NCBI GenBank assembly: GCA_037142195.1
Contig: JBAXBA010000018.1
Coordinates: 1-50,117, forward strand
Direction of reading: 5' to 3'
Length of the DNA stretch: 50,117 nucleotides
DNA from: Pseudomonadota bacterium
GTDB taxonomy: Bacteria > Bdellovibrionota_B > Oligoflexia > Oligoflexales > CAIMVM01
The notes beneath the pieces were generated by a model that searched no databases, was not told the DNA's origin, and saw nothing but the letters and a program-made list of their open reading frames with translations. Below are positions 41,383 through 50,117 of this stretch, one piece after another (the first letter of the stretch is position 1; the number at the start of each line of letters is the position of its first letter). A program made the translations under genes and the position numbers.

Positions 41383-41966
41383 TAGCCGGCTAACCTCCGA
41401 ATCACCTGAGCGGCAATTTCCTGTAAACTTTCTAAAACACCCATTCCATGCTTCGCGGACGCTTCAAAGTCCACGTGCCTTGAGGGATTAAGTTCCGAGC
41501 GAAGCACTTCAACCGGCACAGCACCGGCCATATCGCGCTTATTATACTGAATGACTGAGGGCATATCTGAATGGACCAACCCTTCTTCAGACAAGATCTT
41601 CCGGACGAGTTGTAGCTCTTCTACATTAGATGCTAATTTTTCAGGGGCAGAATCGGCGACGAACACAAATCCATCTACCCCTTTCATTATGACACTTCGA
41701 ACCGTCTCATAGAGTGCCTGTGAAGGAATGGTGTAAAGATGGAGCTTTAAGTGATAATTCCTTACAAATCCTATACTTACAGGTAGAAATTCAAAAAAAA
41801 CAGACTGGCCTACACCATCTTCGGAAAGCTCCAAGAGGCCAGCCTTAACCTCGGGTGAAGTTTGATTGAAAATAGCTCGTAAATTGCTCGATTTACCAGC
41901 GCCAGAAGGACCCAAATAGAGGATCTTACAATTGATTTCTTTAGTTTCAAAATTAGTAAAGGCCAT
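41382..41966 (-). CDS. mglA: MglA-family small GTPase (divergent)
   Basis: MAFTNFETKEINCKILYLGPSGAGKSSNL, FFEFLP, HLYTIPSQ, KGVDGFVFVADS, QYNKRD align along the full length with Myxococcus MglA as I recall it. Confidence 0.88.
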   Translation of the reverse strand: MAFTNFETKEINCKILYLGPSGAGKSSNLRAIFNQTSPEVKAGLLELSEDGVGQSVFFEFLPVSIGFVRNYHLKLHLYTIPSQALYETVRSVIMKGVDGFVFVADSAPEKLASNVEELQLVRKILSEEGLVHSDMPSVIQYNKRDMAGAVPVEVLRSELNPSRHVDFEASAKHGMGVLESLQEIAAQVIRRLAG

Positions 41967-41972
41967 AAAACG

Positions 41973-41981
41973 ATTATAGCA
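41973..41981 (-). promoter_or_regulatory. Extended -10 promoter, probable leaderless transcript
   Basis: TG-C-TATAAT followed by 6 nt and then the ATG; no SD. Confidence 0.7.
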
Positions 41982-42363
41982 ATAAGATGCAGCCATAGCT
42001 AGAACTCAGTTAACTGACCGTTTTCTATAAAGTAAATCCCCCCCCTCCAAATGAAATCTAAGAAGTCAAAAACCGAACCAACCTCCCCCTATGTTCTCAC
42101 CTCTAAGAGATGCAGAACCATGGACATACCAGCGCACCTATAGGCATCCTCAAAAGGGACGATTGACATCTCAAATAGATCGCAATAAAACACAAACAAA
42201 ATGGTCCCTTTGCGAGTCAAAAAGCTCTTCGGAGCCGCCAAATTTACCATTACATTTTTATATTTCGGTAGTAAGATGTTTGGCCTGTCATAAGACAGGG
42301 TCAAAGCTTTCTTTGTTTTGAAAAAACCTGATAAATAGAACATTTTTTATAGGAGAAGCCTCT

Positions 42364-43152
42364 ATGCTCAAGGCACTCATTTTTTCAACATGGTTACTTA
42401 GCTTCAGTCAAATTTCTTTTGGTCAAGCAATTCAAAAAATATATACAGGAGCAATAGGAGACTCCTTGACTGCGGGCTTGAATGCCGATGCCCCGTTTGA
42501 TCAGCGTGATCGAAACTGGTCAGATGGCAAGGAAATCGATAGTCATGCAGTCCGCTTGGCTAAAAAATTCGGAGTCGAAGTCATTTCTAAAAATGTTTCC
42601 GTGAGCGGCTCGAGAATTGGAAGTCTAGCTAGTCAAACGGCAAAACTATTGGATGACAATTACAAGCCAGACTATGTCACCATACTTATCGGTGCCAACA
42701 ATATTTGCGATGGTGATCTCAGGCCAGATGAACTTTCTGAATTAGGTAAAAATCTGCTTTCGGAATCTATTCAGTCGCTCATTCGCGCTAACAAAAATGT
42801 CAAAATCATTATTGGGGCGATTCCAAAAATTAATTTCCTATATGAACTCCTTCATGAAGATACAACATGCCAAGAAAATTGGCGCACATTCAATGTTTGC
42901 TATAACCTCCTTCAAAGCACAAAGTTTGAACGAGAAAAAGGCATTGTCCGTTGGAATGTCTACAATGAAATTCAAAAAGAAGTTGCTGAGATGTACCCTA
43001 AAAATGTCAAGTTCACTTCGAGCTTAAGTGATGAAATTTTTACTGTAGAAGATATTTCAAGAATTGACTGCTTCCATCCCAATATGGCTGGCCAAAAGAA
43101 AATGGCTGAAGTCACTTGGCAAGAGGGTTGGTTTCCTGATTTAAGGAATTGA
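42364..43152 (+). CDS. Secreted SGNH/GDSL hydrolase
   Basis: Signal peptide, IGDSLTAG, SVSG, IGANN, DCFHPN. Confidence 0.92.
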   Translation: MLKALIFSTWLLSFSQISFGQAIQKIYTGAIGDSLTAGLNADAPFDQRDRNWSDGKEIDSHAVRLAKKFGVEVISKNVSVSGSRIGSLASQTAKLLDDNYKPDYVTILIGANNICDGDLRPDELSELGKNLLSESIQSLIRANKNVKIIIGAIPKINFLYELLHEDTTCQENWRTFNVCYNLLQSTKFEREKGIVRWNVYNEIQKEVAEMYPKNVKFTSSLSDEIFTVEDISRIDCFHPNMAGQKKMAEVTWQEGWFPDLRN

Positions 43153-43628
43153 TAGCTACTTTATTTATAGCGGCTTATCTTGAACGCTCTTTGAGCCCTC
43201 TCATTTGGTACCTAAACTAAAAGCCTACCTCAAAAAGATTCCACTTTATTCAGTATAAGTTCCCCTGAATTTGGACCGTCGCCCCCAATCACTCAGTCCC
43301 TTAGAGATTAAAGAGGGAGTGTTGACCCTTCTCATCTACCTATAAATCTAAACTATTACTATAAAGACGCACTCACCCAAATGGGCGGGGCCGTTTTGCA
43401 GAAGAAAGCATAATCATAATTCGTACTCTCCACCGCTTTGATAGCTATTTGATCAGCCGTATCTGGATGCTGAAGTGACCTTAGACTTGCTCCAAAAAAG
43501 GTCAGGGAAAGCATAAGAAAGCGGCCGCATGGAGTAGATTGATGAATTGGACTAGCCAAGATATACTTTTTCCTCATATAACTTGGAACCACCAACTTTA
43601 CCTACCCAATCTATCTAGGGGCCGATAC

Positions 43629-46600
43629 ATGTCTTTTTTTTCCAGTTTGGTATTTCTTCTTCTACTAGCAACCTCTGCTTTTGCGGATAATGGCATAAGC
43701 CCTCGAATTGAAAAACAAATCGAAGAAACATTCTTTGACCAGGGCAAAGTTTCCATTGCTAAAGTGGATGCCTATGAAATGAAATCCAAAATGCTTCGTG
43801 AGGAAATAATAGGCAACCTTATTCGATATTATGAACAGGTTGGAGGCAAAACCCACGAGCAAGCCGTAGAAAAGGCTATGGATTCTGATACAGCTGTCGG
43901 CTACAGCCGCATGACTGAATTAACGAATATCATGAAGAAAGCCTCTCCAGAGAACGCAAAAAAGATAGGCGTCTCTGTACTTGAACTGGGATTCGCCTTA
44001 CGAAGCGATGGAAAATGGATGGACTACGAGGAAATCGGAGGCTACGCCAAAGGTTTTAGTAAGAACTACCTTGTAAAAGCCAGAAATCCGCAGCAAGAAG
44101 AAGCTCACAATCTCTTTAATTTTGTTGCCAATCGGTATTACACCCAAGGAGAGCTCAATCAAATGAAGTCAGCAGGTGGAGATGTTTCCACTTTGCAGCC
44201 CGTTGGAGATGGTCGATTCTTCACCAATACAAATATAGAAAATTTCAAGATTACGGGAACCTATAATAAAGCATCTAAATTGTTTGAAGGGGTTGACATA
44301 CCATTTCCAGACGACGGGGTCGAATTGGAGTATGTGGCGTTAAAAAGAAGTGAATCCAGAATTAAAATGGATGTTGAAGCCACGGTAAATGGCAAAAAAA
44401 TTAAATACAAATTCAAAATCATATCAGAAAGCCACTCAGAACCTACCGCTGCTGCGCTTGCATCTGCTATCGGATACAATACCGATCCTAGCAAAAGCAT
44501 CAAGCTCCCAAAGCTCTACTTTAACAAAGTTAGCAAAGCGGAATTCCTGAGAGATCTTGAATCCTACTATGGCTGGTGGGAACCACAATGGAATGTCATT
44601 CAAGAAGGCCATGACGAAAAGGGCGACTTCATCATTTTTCGTGAAGGCCTCCTGGAAGCTAAGCCTTCTGACTACAATCGCATAGGATCTTGGTCATTCA
44701 ACAAGAACTCAAGCCCTGATTTAAGAGAAGTCCGAGCACTATCTATTTTTATGGGCTGGACCGCAAATTCAGACATGAAAGAAGAAGGACAAACGAAACT
44801 CATCTTAAAAACTAATGATACTCCAGAATCTATGTACTACTCTCTAAATGATTTGGGCTGGGGATTTGGCAACTTCTACTATCCTGAAACAGTCGGTTTT
44901 TTCAAGTGGAACCCGATTAAACGTGTAGATGAAAAAGGGGTGTCTCTCAATTACATGACATGGCGATGGAGCGATCTTTTCGATGGCGTGTCTTATGATG
45001 ATGCTAGGTGGATCATTCGACGTATGGCCAGGCTCTCCAAATCCCAAATAGCTGACGCCGTTGCTCTCGGAAAATGGGACCCTAAAGTTGCTGGTATTTT
45101 AGTCGAAAAACTCTTAGCTCGCAGAAACTCCTTGGTTACGGCCTTTGGTCTGGAAAAAGAAGTAAAATCTTCAACCGTCGATTACTCAGTAGCTCCCTCA
45201 GACGAAGAGTTTGAAAAAACTCCCGCAAACAAGAAAAACGCGCCTATGAGCCTTCCTGACTTCATTAAAACACCCTTAGCATCCATCATTGGCCCAACAC
45301 TTCTCGCCATTGAGTCGAGTCTTGTTAATTCTGCAATTAAAGAGGCCACCAAACCCCTCGAAAAAGAGTTTTACTTCAAGGGCGAGGACATATGGGGAAT
45401 CGATGCGCCTTTTGCTTCGGGACTCATTCTAAAAGTCAATCGCCATATCACTAAAAACGCTGAGCCTCGAAGCATTATGGAGAGATACCTAGTACACGAT
45501 GAAATCACTATAGGTTGGGTTTTAGGTGTCGGCTCAATTGACGTAAATGGCAAAGCTATCTATTACCGGTCATTTAATCTTATTTACCCCGTAAAAGAAC
45601 AAAGAAGTGGTCTCTATTTGCCCCATTATCTAGCAAATCTCTTTTTGCCTTATGCACCTGGATTCATAAAGTTGCCTCCAAGATATTCCATGTTTATTCA
45701 AGACTATGTTGAAGGCTCTGGAACCATGCGCGTCAGCACCCAGGGTGTCATTAATATTGGAGCTCAAGGTACCTTATCTAAAGTGTATCTGAGACGTTTT
45801 CTATTGGGCGATCGGGGAAATGGCGTCGTTAATATCATGGAAGACAAAAGTCAATGGACTAAGCTATCAGCTCAAATAAACGCCGCCCTTGCTTTCATTA
45901 AATTTCCAATGATTTCTGCTTCTGTAGAAAAAGGCACTATCGATAGGGAAATCTGGAAGATCAACACAAAAAAACAAGGTTCAAATGAGAGATTCTTCGA
46001 ATGCGTTAGAAATGTAGTCGGAATGCTTGATATTTCACCTTTCGCTGACATCGCTGAAAAGACTAGGATTAAGTCTGACTATATTACCAACCGGTTTGGC
46101 ATGAATCTATTTAACTTAATATTCTCAAGCAAAACCTACCGAAAAGATGAAATTACCGAATATGAAGGAGAAGATGACAAGCTAACCCAAAAATCTCTCC
46201 AAATTGAAAGCATTAGTGATGAAGTTTGGAAAGCACCTATTGTTAATATCAGCGAAGAAGACGTCGTTCGCGCTTTCTTTATTGGTGTTAAAAACGATAA
46301 AGATTCATTTAGCAAGCCAGTTTTAGGCCTCAATGTCAAATTATTCGACACCCAGACGTTTTCAAATGAGTTTAAAGACGAGTACCTTGATTTCGTCAAT
46401 AGGTCCGTCAACGACCAATACTTTATTCCATTTACTCCTGAGATGCAGACCAATAGAGATCAATGGGGAATGATTTTAACTCAATTTGACTTTCTTTTGT
46501 ATGAAAACGCAATTCAAAAACTGCTAACGATTTCAAAAGATAGGCTTTGGCAACTCTTCACCGAGATCACTGGATATTCCTCGATTGACCTTCCATCCAG

Positions 46601-47018
46601 ATCTGGTGATCTCAGAAGAGACGCCATGATTAACAACTTTAATGCTGTTGTTGAAAATCTCATGGGCGCACGTGGCCCGATCCCTCGTGAACGAATGGCT
46701 AACAGGCTTGTTTCAGCCATTCAAAGAGCGGCTGTAACGACAAGCATGACGACAGCTGTTAAGGGAGATCTCATCGGAGTTTTAAGACGCGCCGTCGATG
46801 ACGATGACATCTTCATTTCAGCAAAAATAGGCCCGCCAATCTATGCAGAAAACATTTTCCCAGAAGGAAAGCCTTTAGTGAATCGAATAGGAGTTTTGAA
46901 ATACAGAGACCCTAAATTACACAACTTTAGCCTCGGCGGAATCAGCGATATATTTAACTTCTTTGACTCCATTATCCCAGAAGACAGTCAAACTCCGAGC
47001 ACAGACTACCCGCACTAG
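43629..47018 (+). CDS. Large secreted protein with atypical kinase-like domain
   Basis: MSFFSSLVFLLLLATSAFA signal peptide; KYKFK, SEPTAAALASAIGY, NSDMKEEGQ, LNDLGWGFG. Confidence 0.75.
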   Translation: MSFFSSLVFLLLLATSAFADNGISPRIEKQIEETFFDQGKVSIAKVDAYEMKSKMLREEIIGNLIRYYEQVGGKTHEQAVEKAMDSDTAVGYSRMTELTNIMKKASPENAKKIGVSVLELGFALRSDGKWMDYEEIGGYAKGFSKNYLVKARNPQQEEAHNLFNFVANRYYTQGELNQMKSAGGDVSTLQPVGDGRFFTNTNIENFKITGTYNKASKLFEGVDIPFPDDGVELEYVALKRSESRIKMDVEATVNGKKIKYKFKIISESHSEPTAAALASAIGYNTDPSKSIKLPKLYFNKVSKAEFLRDLESYYGWWEPQWNVIQEGHDEKGDFIIFREGLLEAKPSDYNRIGSWSFNKNSSPDLREVRALSIFMGWTANSDMKEEGQTKLILKTNDTPESMYYSLNDLGWGFGNFYYPETVGFFKWNPIKRVDEKGVSLNYMTWRWSDLFDGVSYDDARWIIRRMARLSKSQIADAVALGKWDPKVAGILVEKLLARRNSLVTAFGLEKEVKSSTVDYSVAPSDEEFEKTPANKKNAPMSLPDFIKTPLASIIGPTLLAIESSLVNSAIKEATKPLEKEFYFKGEDIWGIDAPFASGLILKVNRHITKNAEPRSIMERYLVHDEITIGWVLGVGSIDVNGKAIYYRSFNLIYPVKEQRSGLYLPHYLANLFLPYAPGFIKLPPRYSMFIQDYVEGSGTMRVSTQGVINIGAQGTLSKVYLRRFLLGDRGNGVVNIMEDKSQWTKLSAQINAALAFIKFPMISASVEKGTIDREIWKINTKKQGSNERFFECVRNVVGMLDISPFADIAEKTRIKSDYITNRFGMNLFNLIFSSKTYRKDEITEYEGEDDKLTQKSLQIESISDEVWKAPIVNISEEDVVRAFFIGVKNDKDSFSKPVLGLNVKLFDTQTFSNEFKDEYLDFVNRSVNDQYFIPFTPEMQTNRDQWGMILTQFDFLLYENAIQKLLTISKDRLWQLFTEITGYSSIDLPSRSGDLRRDAMINNFNAVVENLMGARGPIPRERMANRLVSAIQRAAVTTSMTTAVKGDLIGVLRRAVDDDDIFISAKIGPPIYAENIFPEGKPLVNRIGVLKYRDPKLHNFSLGGISDIFNFFDSIIPEDSQTPSTDYPH

Positions 47019-47080
47019 AGCCTGAGGATTCGATTCATAAAGTGTAATCTTCTCCTTTCGCATCTGGCTCGATAATATAG

Positions 47081-47107
47081 AGAACAGGCCCGCTAGAGGC
47101 CTGTTCT
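47081..47107 (+). terminator. Intrinsic terminator
   Basis: AGAACAGGCC-N7-GGCCTGTTCT followed by TTATGTTT. Confidence 0.75.
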
Positions 47108-47306
47108 TTATGTTTCTACTACAAAATTGACCTGACTATAGAGTTCTTGTGGATTTACAACTATACCTTATCGCGATTCCAATTTCATCCTCGCGTTAGA
47201 ATTCGCAAGCTATATAGGCATTACAAAAATCCTGCCGCTATCCCTTTGATAAACGGCTCCTGATTCTTATCCGCATTCATTGCATCAAAAGAAAGAAGAA
47301 ATGGAG

Positions 47307-48209
47307 CTAGGTAGAGGACTCCAAAAATTTCCTTGTAAGCTTTAGGACAAGGTTGTAGGCCTCACCACCCTCAAAGAAAAGTTCGTGCTTAGCTTGGGGA
47401 ATGACTTCATGCCTTACTTTAAACTTAGATCTTTTTTGAGCCAAAGACACCCAACGGGAAATCGCAGACTTATCCACTACGGATTCCATTTCTCCTTCTA
47501 AAATTAACACAGGACATTTTAACTGGCTCAGTTTGACGTCATTGAAAACCATATCGCAGGCTTCAAATGTGGCATGAACCCAACCGAAAGTTGGACCAGG
47601 CAAAGAGTAGGGATTCTCACAAATGAGACCCCACTTTCGCCTATCAGTAGTCAGGTCATTCTTCTCAAAAGCCACCTTGTCATGACTAGCGGCGCCGGTC
47701 GCTAGACTGCCTGCTCCCAAAAAGTTGAGAAAAGACGAAATAGGCCGCGACACCAGGCGAGGAATGGGCAAATTAGGTAGACCAAAAAGAGGCCCTGTAC
47801 AAACAATGCGAGTCGGTACAATTAGGCCTTTTAGTGTCGCATATAGTCCTATGAGACTGCCCATAGAATGACACAAAAGATCATAAGGCATTTTATGACA
47901 GCTTTTTTGAATCACTTCAGCTAAGTCCGCCGCAAAATCATCATAGGATCGAACGTGAGCTCTTTGTCCTTCTGAGGCGCCTTGGCCACGGTGATCCAAC
48001 GCAACCACCATGCAGTCACTCGCTACATGTAAATCGTTAAAAAAGAATTCGGAATATTTTTCAATCCACTCCGTTCTGCCATTAGAAAAAACAATTGCTC
48101 TTCTAGTTTCAGCGGTTTGATTAAAGACTCCATAGCGAATCAACGTTCCGTCTATAGGGCTGACCAAATAACTTATCTCCCAAGCCAAGGATTCCAATTT
48201 TTCATTCAT
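47307..48209 (-). CDS. Alpha/beta hydrolase, lysophospholipase L2-like
   Basis: NGRTEWIEKY, LDHRGQGASEG, CHSMG nucleophile elbow, AKHELFFE; ATGA overlap with upstream gene. Confidence 0.9.
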   Translation of the reverse strand: MNEKLESLAWEISYLVSPIDGTLIRYGVFNQTAETRRAIVFSNGRTEWIEKYSEFFFNDLHVASDCMVVALDHRGQGASEGQRAHVRSYDDFAADLAEVIQKSCHKMPYDLLCHSMGSLIGLYATLKGLIVPTRIVCTGPLFGLPNLPIPRLVSRPISSFLNFLGAGSLATGAASHDKVAFEKNDLTTDRRKWGLICENPYSLPGPTFGWVHATFEACDMVFNDVKLSQLKCPVLILEGEMESVVDKSAISRWVSLAQKRSKFKVRHEVIPQAKHELFFEGGEAYNLVLKLTRKFLESST

Positions 48210-48925
48210 TTTTGTTCCTCGTTCCATAGTTTAAATTCTAAAGGGAAATTTGTGCAATGGCCATCAACCCCCAATTTTTTTAGGACCGGCCACCTTTCCT
48301 TGGGAATGTCGGCTTTCAATGGCGCCCAGGTATAGGAAGTCCAACCATTGTGCTTCACAAAATCCATAAAAACCTCATCAATAAGAGAGCAATCTGGATG
48401 GAAAATGGATGTTTCTATTTTGTCCATCGAACGTTTGATTCTATCAAAGAATTTCATTTGAGGAAGTGAGTTCTCCCATAGAAATGCTCTGGATGCCGAT
48501 GGCAAAATTCTTTTTAAATGAACCATCATTTCTTCTTCAAAGGAGGAAACTAAGATTTTAGAAAGTTGTGGGTGATCGGCAATCCTAGCAACAAGTGCCT
48601 CTACTAACGCTAAATTAGTGCCTTTTAGCTCTAAGTTAAGCTCTATTTGCGGTAGGAGCTCAAGTACCTGCTCTAGCCTCGGAAGCGATTCGAGGTTTTT
48701 TAAAGAAATGCCAGCCAATTCAACCGCCGTCATTTTCGAAATAAATCCCTTGCTTCCAGTCGTGTGACTTAGGGAATCATCATGATTAATAAATATAACC
48801 CCATCGCTAGAGAGCTGAAGGTCCAGTTCAATACGACTCGCTCCCTCAAAAATTGCGATTTCAAAAGCCTTCATGGAATTTTCTGGGGCCTTTCGGTTGG
48901 ACCCCCTATGTGCGATGACCTTCAT
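48206..48925 (-). CDS. Glycerophosphodiester phosphodiesterase
   Basis: IAHRG...APENS, IELDLQLSSDG...INHD, NLELKG, SSF, GVDGHCTNFP. Confidence 0.93.
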   Translation of the reverse strand: MKVIAHRGSNRKAPENSMKAFEIAIFEGASRIELDLQLSSDGVIFINHDDSLSHTTGSKGFISKMTAVELAGISLKNLESLPRLEQVLELLPQIELNLELKGTNLALVEALVARIADHPQLSKILVSSFEEEMMVHLKRILPSASRAFLWENSLPQMKFFDRIKRSMDKIETSIFHPDCSLIDEVFMDFVKHNGWTSYTWAPLKADIPKERWPVLKKLGVDGHCTNFPLEFKLWNEEQK

Positions 48926-48975
48926 TAGGTAAACCTCCTCGCACTATTTTACTTCGAACTTGAATGTAATTGAAG

Positions 48976-49006
48976 AAAGAACCCAGTTATTAATTCTGGG
49001 TTCTTT
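48976..49006. terminator. Hairpin downstream of VWA gene
   Basis: AAAGAACCCAG-N9-CTGGGTTCTTT. Confidence 0.7.
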
Positions 49007-49038
49007 GTTTTCTCCTCTTTCTCTAAGTTAAGGAGTTT

Positions 49039-50117
49039 TTAGGGAGCGGCGAGGTAAGTCACGGAAATCTGCGAACCAGGTGGCGGCGTCGACGAAGCTA
49101 AGAACTTAATGGTGTTGCTTCCAGCTACGTATTCCCAAGTGGTCACTGTCGCACCATTTACTTTGACCAACAAGCTAGGAACATAGGGCGTCTTCTGAAG
49201 TGCAATTTGGCTGATTTGAGCCGCTAAATCTTGGCCTATTTCCCCCAAAGATTGGGACCAGTTGGCTTCACATATAGACTGAACCGAGCCGCCTGTCGCT
49301 TTCGCAGCATTTATATACTGAGTGCCCTCTTCCAACGGATTGCTGTGAGCGCTCGTGCAGAGTTTTCCAGCCTGATCTCGCGTACCTGTGATAGCAGTTA
49401 CCGCAAAGTTCCCCTTGCCTTTAACCCCATTTACATAAGAAATAAAATCATTGTGGGTGTATTTGAAATTGGTAAGACCTTCAGTAGTGAAATTTTTTCC
49501 GGTTGGTGCATCTTTTTGCGATAGACCTATACCATCATCTTCTTCATCTGAGACAACAATTACTGAGAGAAATGCATTGGAGCGAATCAGGGCTTGATTA
49601 ACGCCACTTAAGGACTTCTCTATTGCTAAGTGAGCGGCTCTAAGCCCATGCTCAAACCCTGAACCGTCCACACCCATTTTTGCATAGGTGTTAAATTTAG
49701 AGACGAGATCAGCATCGCTATCTTTAAGCACGGTTCGTCCTACAGTACCTACAAATCTTCCCTGTAAATGAGTTTCAAAGGAACCCCCATAATAGACCGG
49801 ACATTCAGGTGTTAACGCATCATATGGATCGCAAATATCAGTCGAAGTCAAGGCTGTCTGAAACTGAATCCCTGATGACTTCATTTTGTTAATAAAAGAA
49901 TCGAAGTTGGTTGCTAAATATGTCTGTTCTTCACTCATAGAACCTGAAGTATCCACAATAAACAAGATATCGACAGGTTTTTTCGCTGGCTGAGTCAAAT
50001 TTTGTGTGAATGATAGGTAGCCGACAGGCGGTACATTTGAAGTTACCGTTCCTCCAGTTGTACCAGTTGTACCAGTTGTACCAGTTGTACCAGTTGTACC
50101 AGTTGTACCAGTTGTAC
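49039..50117 (-). CDS. VWA-domain surface protein with Gly-Thr-Thr linker (5' end outside window)
   Basis: VDILFIVDTSGSM MIDAS, GSGFEHGL, VIVVSDEED; frame stays open to the window edge through (GTT)n-GGTVTSNVPPVGYLSFTQNL. Confidence 0.88.
   Translation of the reverse strand, partial: TTGTTGTTGTTGTTGTTGTTGGTVTSNVPPVGYLSFTQNLTQPAKKPVDILFIVDTSGSMSEEQTYLATNFDSFINKMKSSGIQFQTALTSTDICDPYDALTPECPVYYGGSFETHLQGRFVGTVGRTVLKDSDADLVSKFNTYAKMGVDGSGFEHGLRAAHLAIEKSLSGVNQALIRSNAFLSVIVVSDEEDDGIGLSQKDAPTGKNFTTEGLTNFKYTHNDFISYVNGVKGKGNFAVTAITGTRDQAGKLCTSAHSNPLEEGTQYINAAKATGGSVQSICEANWSQSLGEIGQDLAAQISQIALQKTPYVPSLLVKVNGATVTTWEYVAGSNTIKFLASSTPPPGSQISVTYLAAP
50054..50117. repeat. 9-bp perfect tandem repeat (CCAGTTGTA) x7, truncated by window edge
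   Basis: Read directly; encodes Gly-Thr-Thr on the minus strand. Confidence 0.97.

Noticed and set aside
42089..43595. Small ORFs 42089..42343, 42091..42321, 43359..43595
   Set aside because: No coding evidence; likely chance ORFs in spacers
50054..50117. CRISPR-like array
   Set aside because: 9-bp units with no spacers, in frame within a CDS; no cas genes

Overview
Chromosomal window from a bacterium; gene content (MglA-like GTPase, VWA surface protein, sigma54 promoters, recycling-type EF-G) suggests Bdellovibrionota/Oligoflexia-like (inference). Bases 1-16.7 kb are the minus-strand core expression cluster: tRNA-Thr/Tyr/Gly/Thr, tuf, tRNA-Trp, secE, nusG, rplKAJL, rpoBC, rpsLG and a partial, divergent fusA. 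Bases 16.7-23 kb are an ntrY/ntrX-like operon ending in an rlmB-like gene. The rest is mixed housekeeping and accessory genes: RNA methyltransferases, tadA, cyclophilin, ald, recQ, lipid hydrolases and secreted proteins. Most notable: (1) an intact Xer-family recombinase lacking most catalytic residues, overlapping tadA; (2) a 1129-aa secreted protein with an atypical kinase-like domain; (3) a probably leaderless MglA variant lacking its arginine finger, coupled to an unknown gene instead of mglB; (4) an EF-G with a degenerate domain IV, separated from rpsG by a terminator and carrying its own promoter; (5) a nucleotidyltransferase-cupin fusion; (6) a four-repeat lipoprotein under a sigma54 promoter. 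I saw no CRISPR array, rRNA, transposase or prophage. All calls come from reading motifs by eye; no database search was run.
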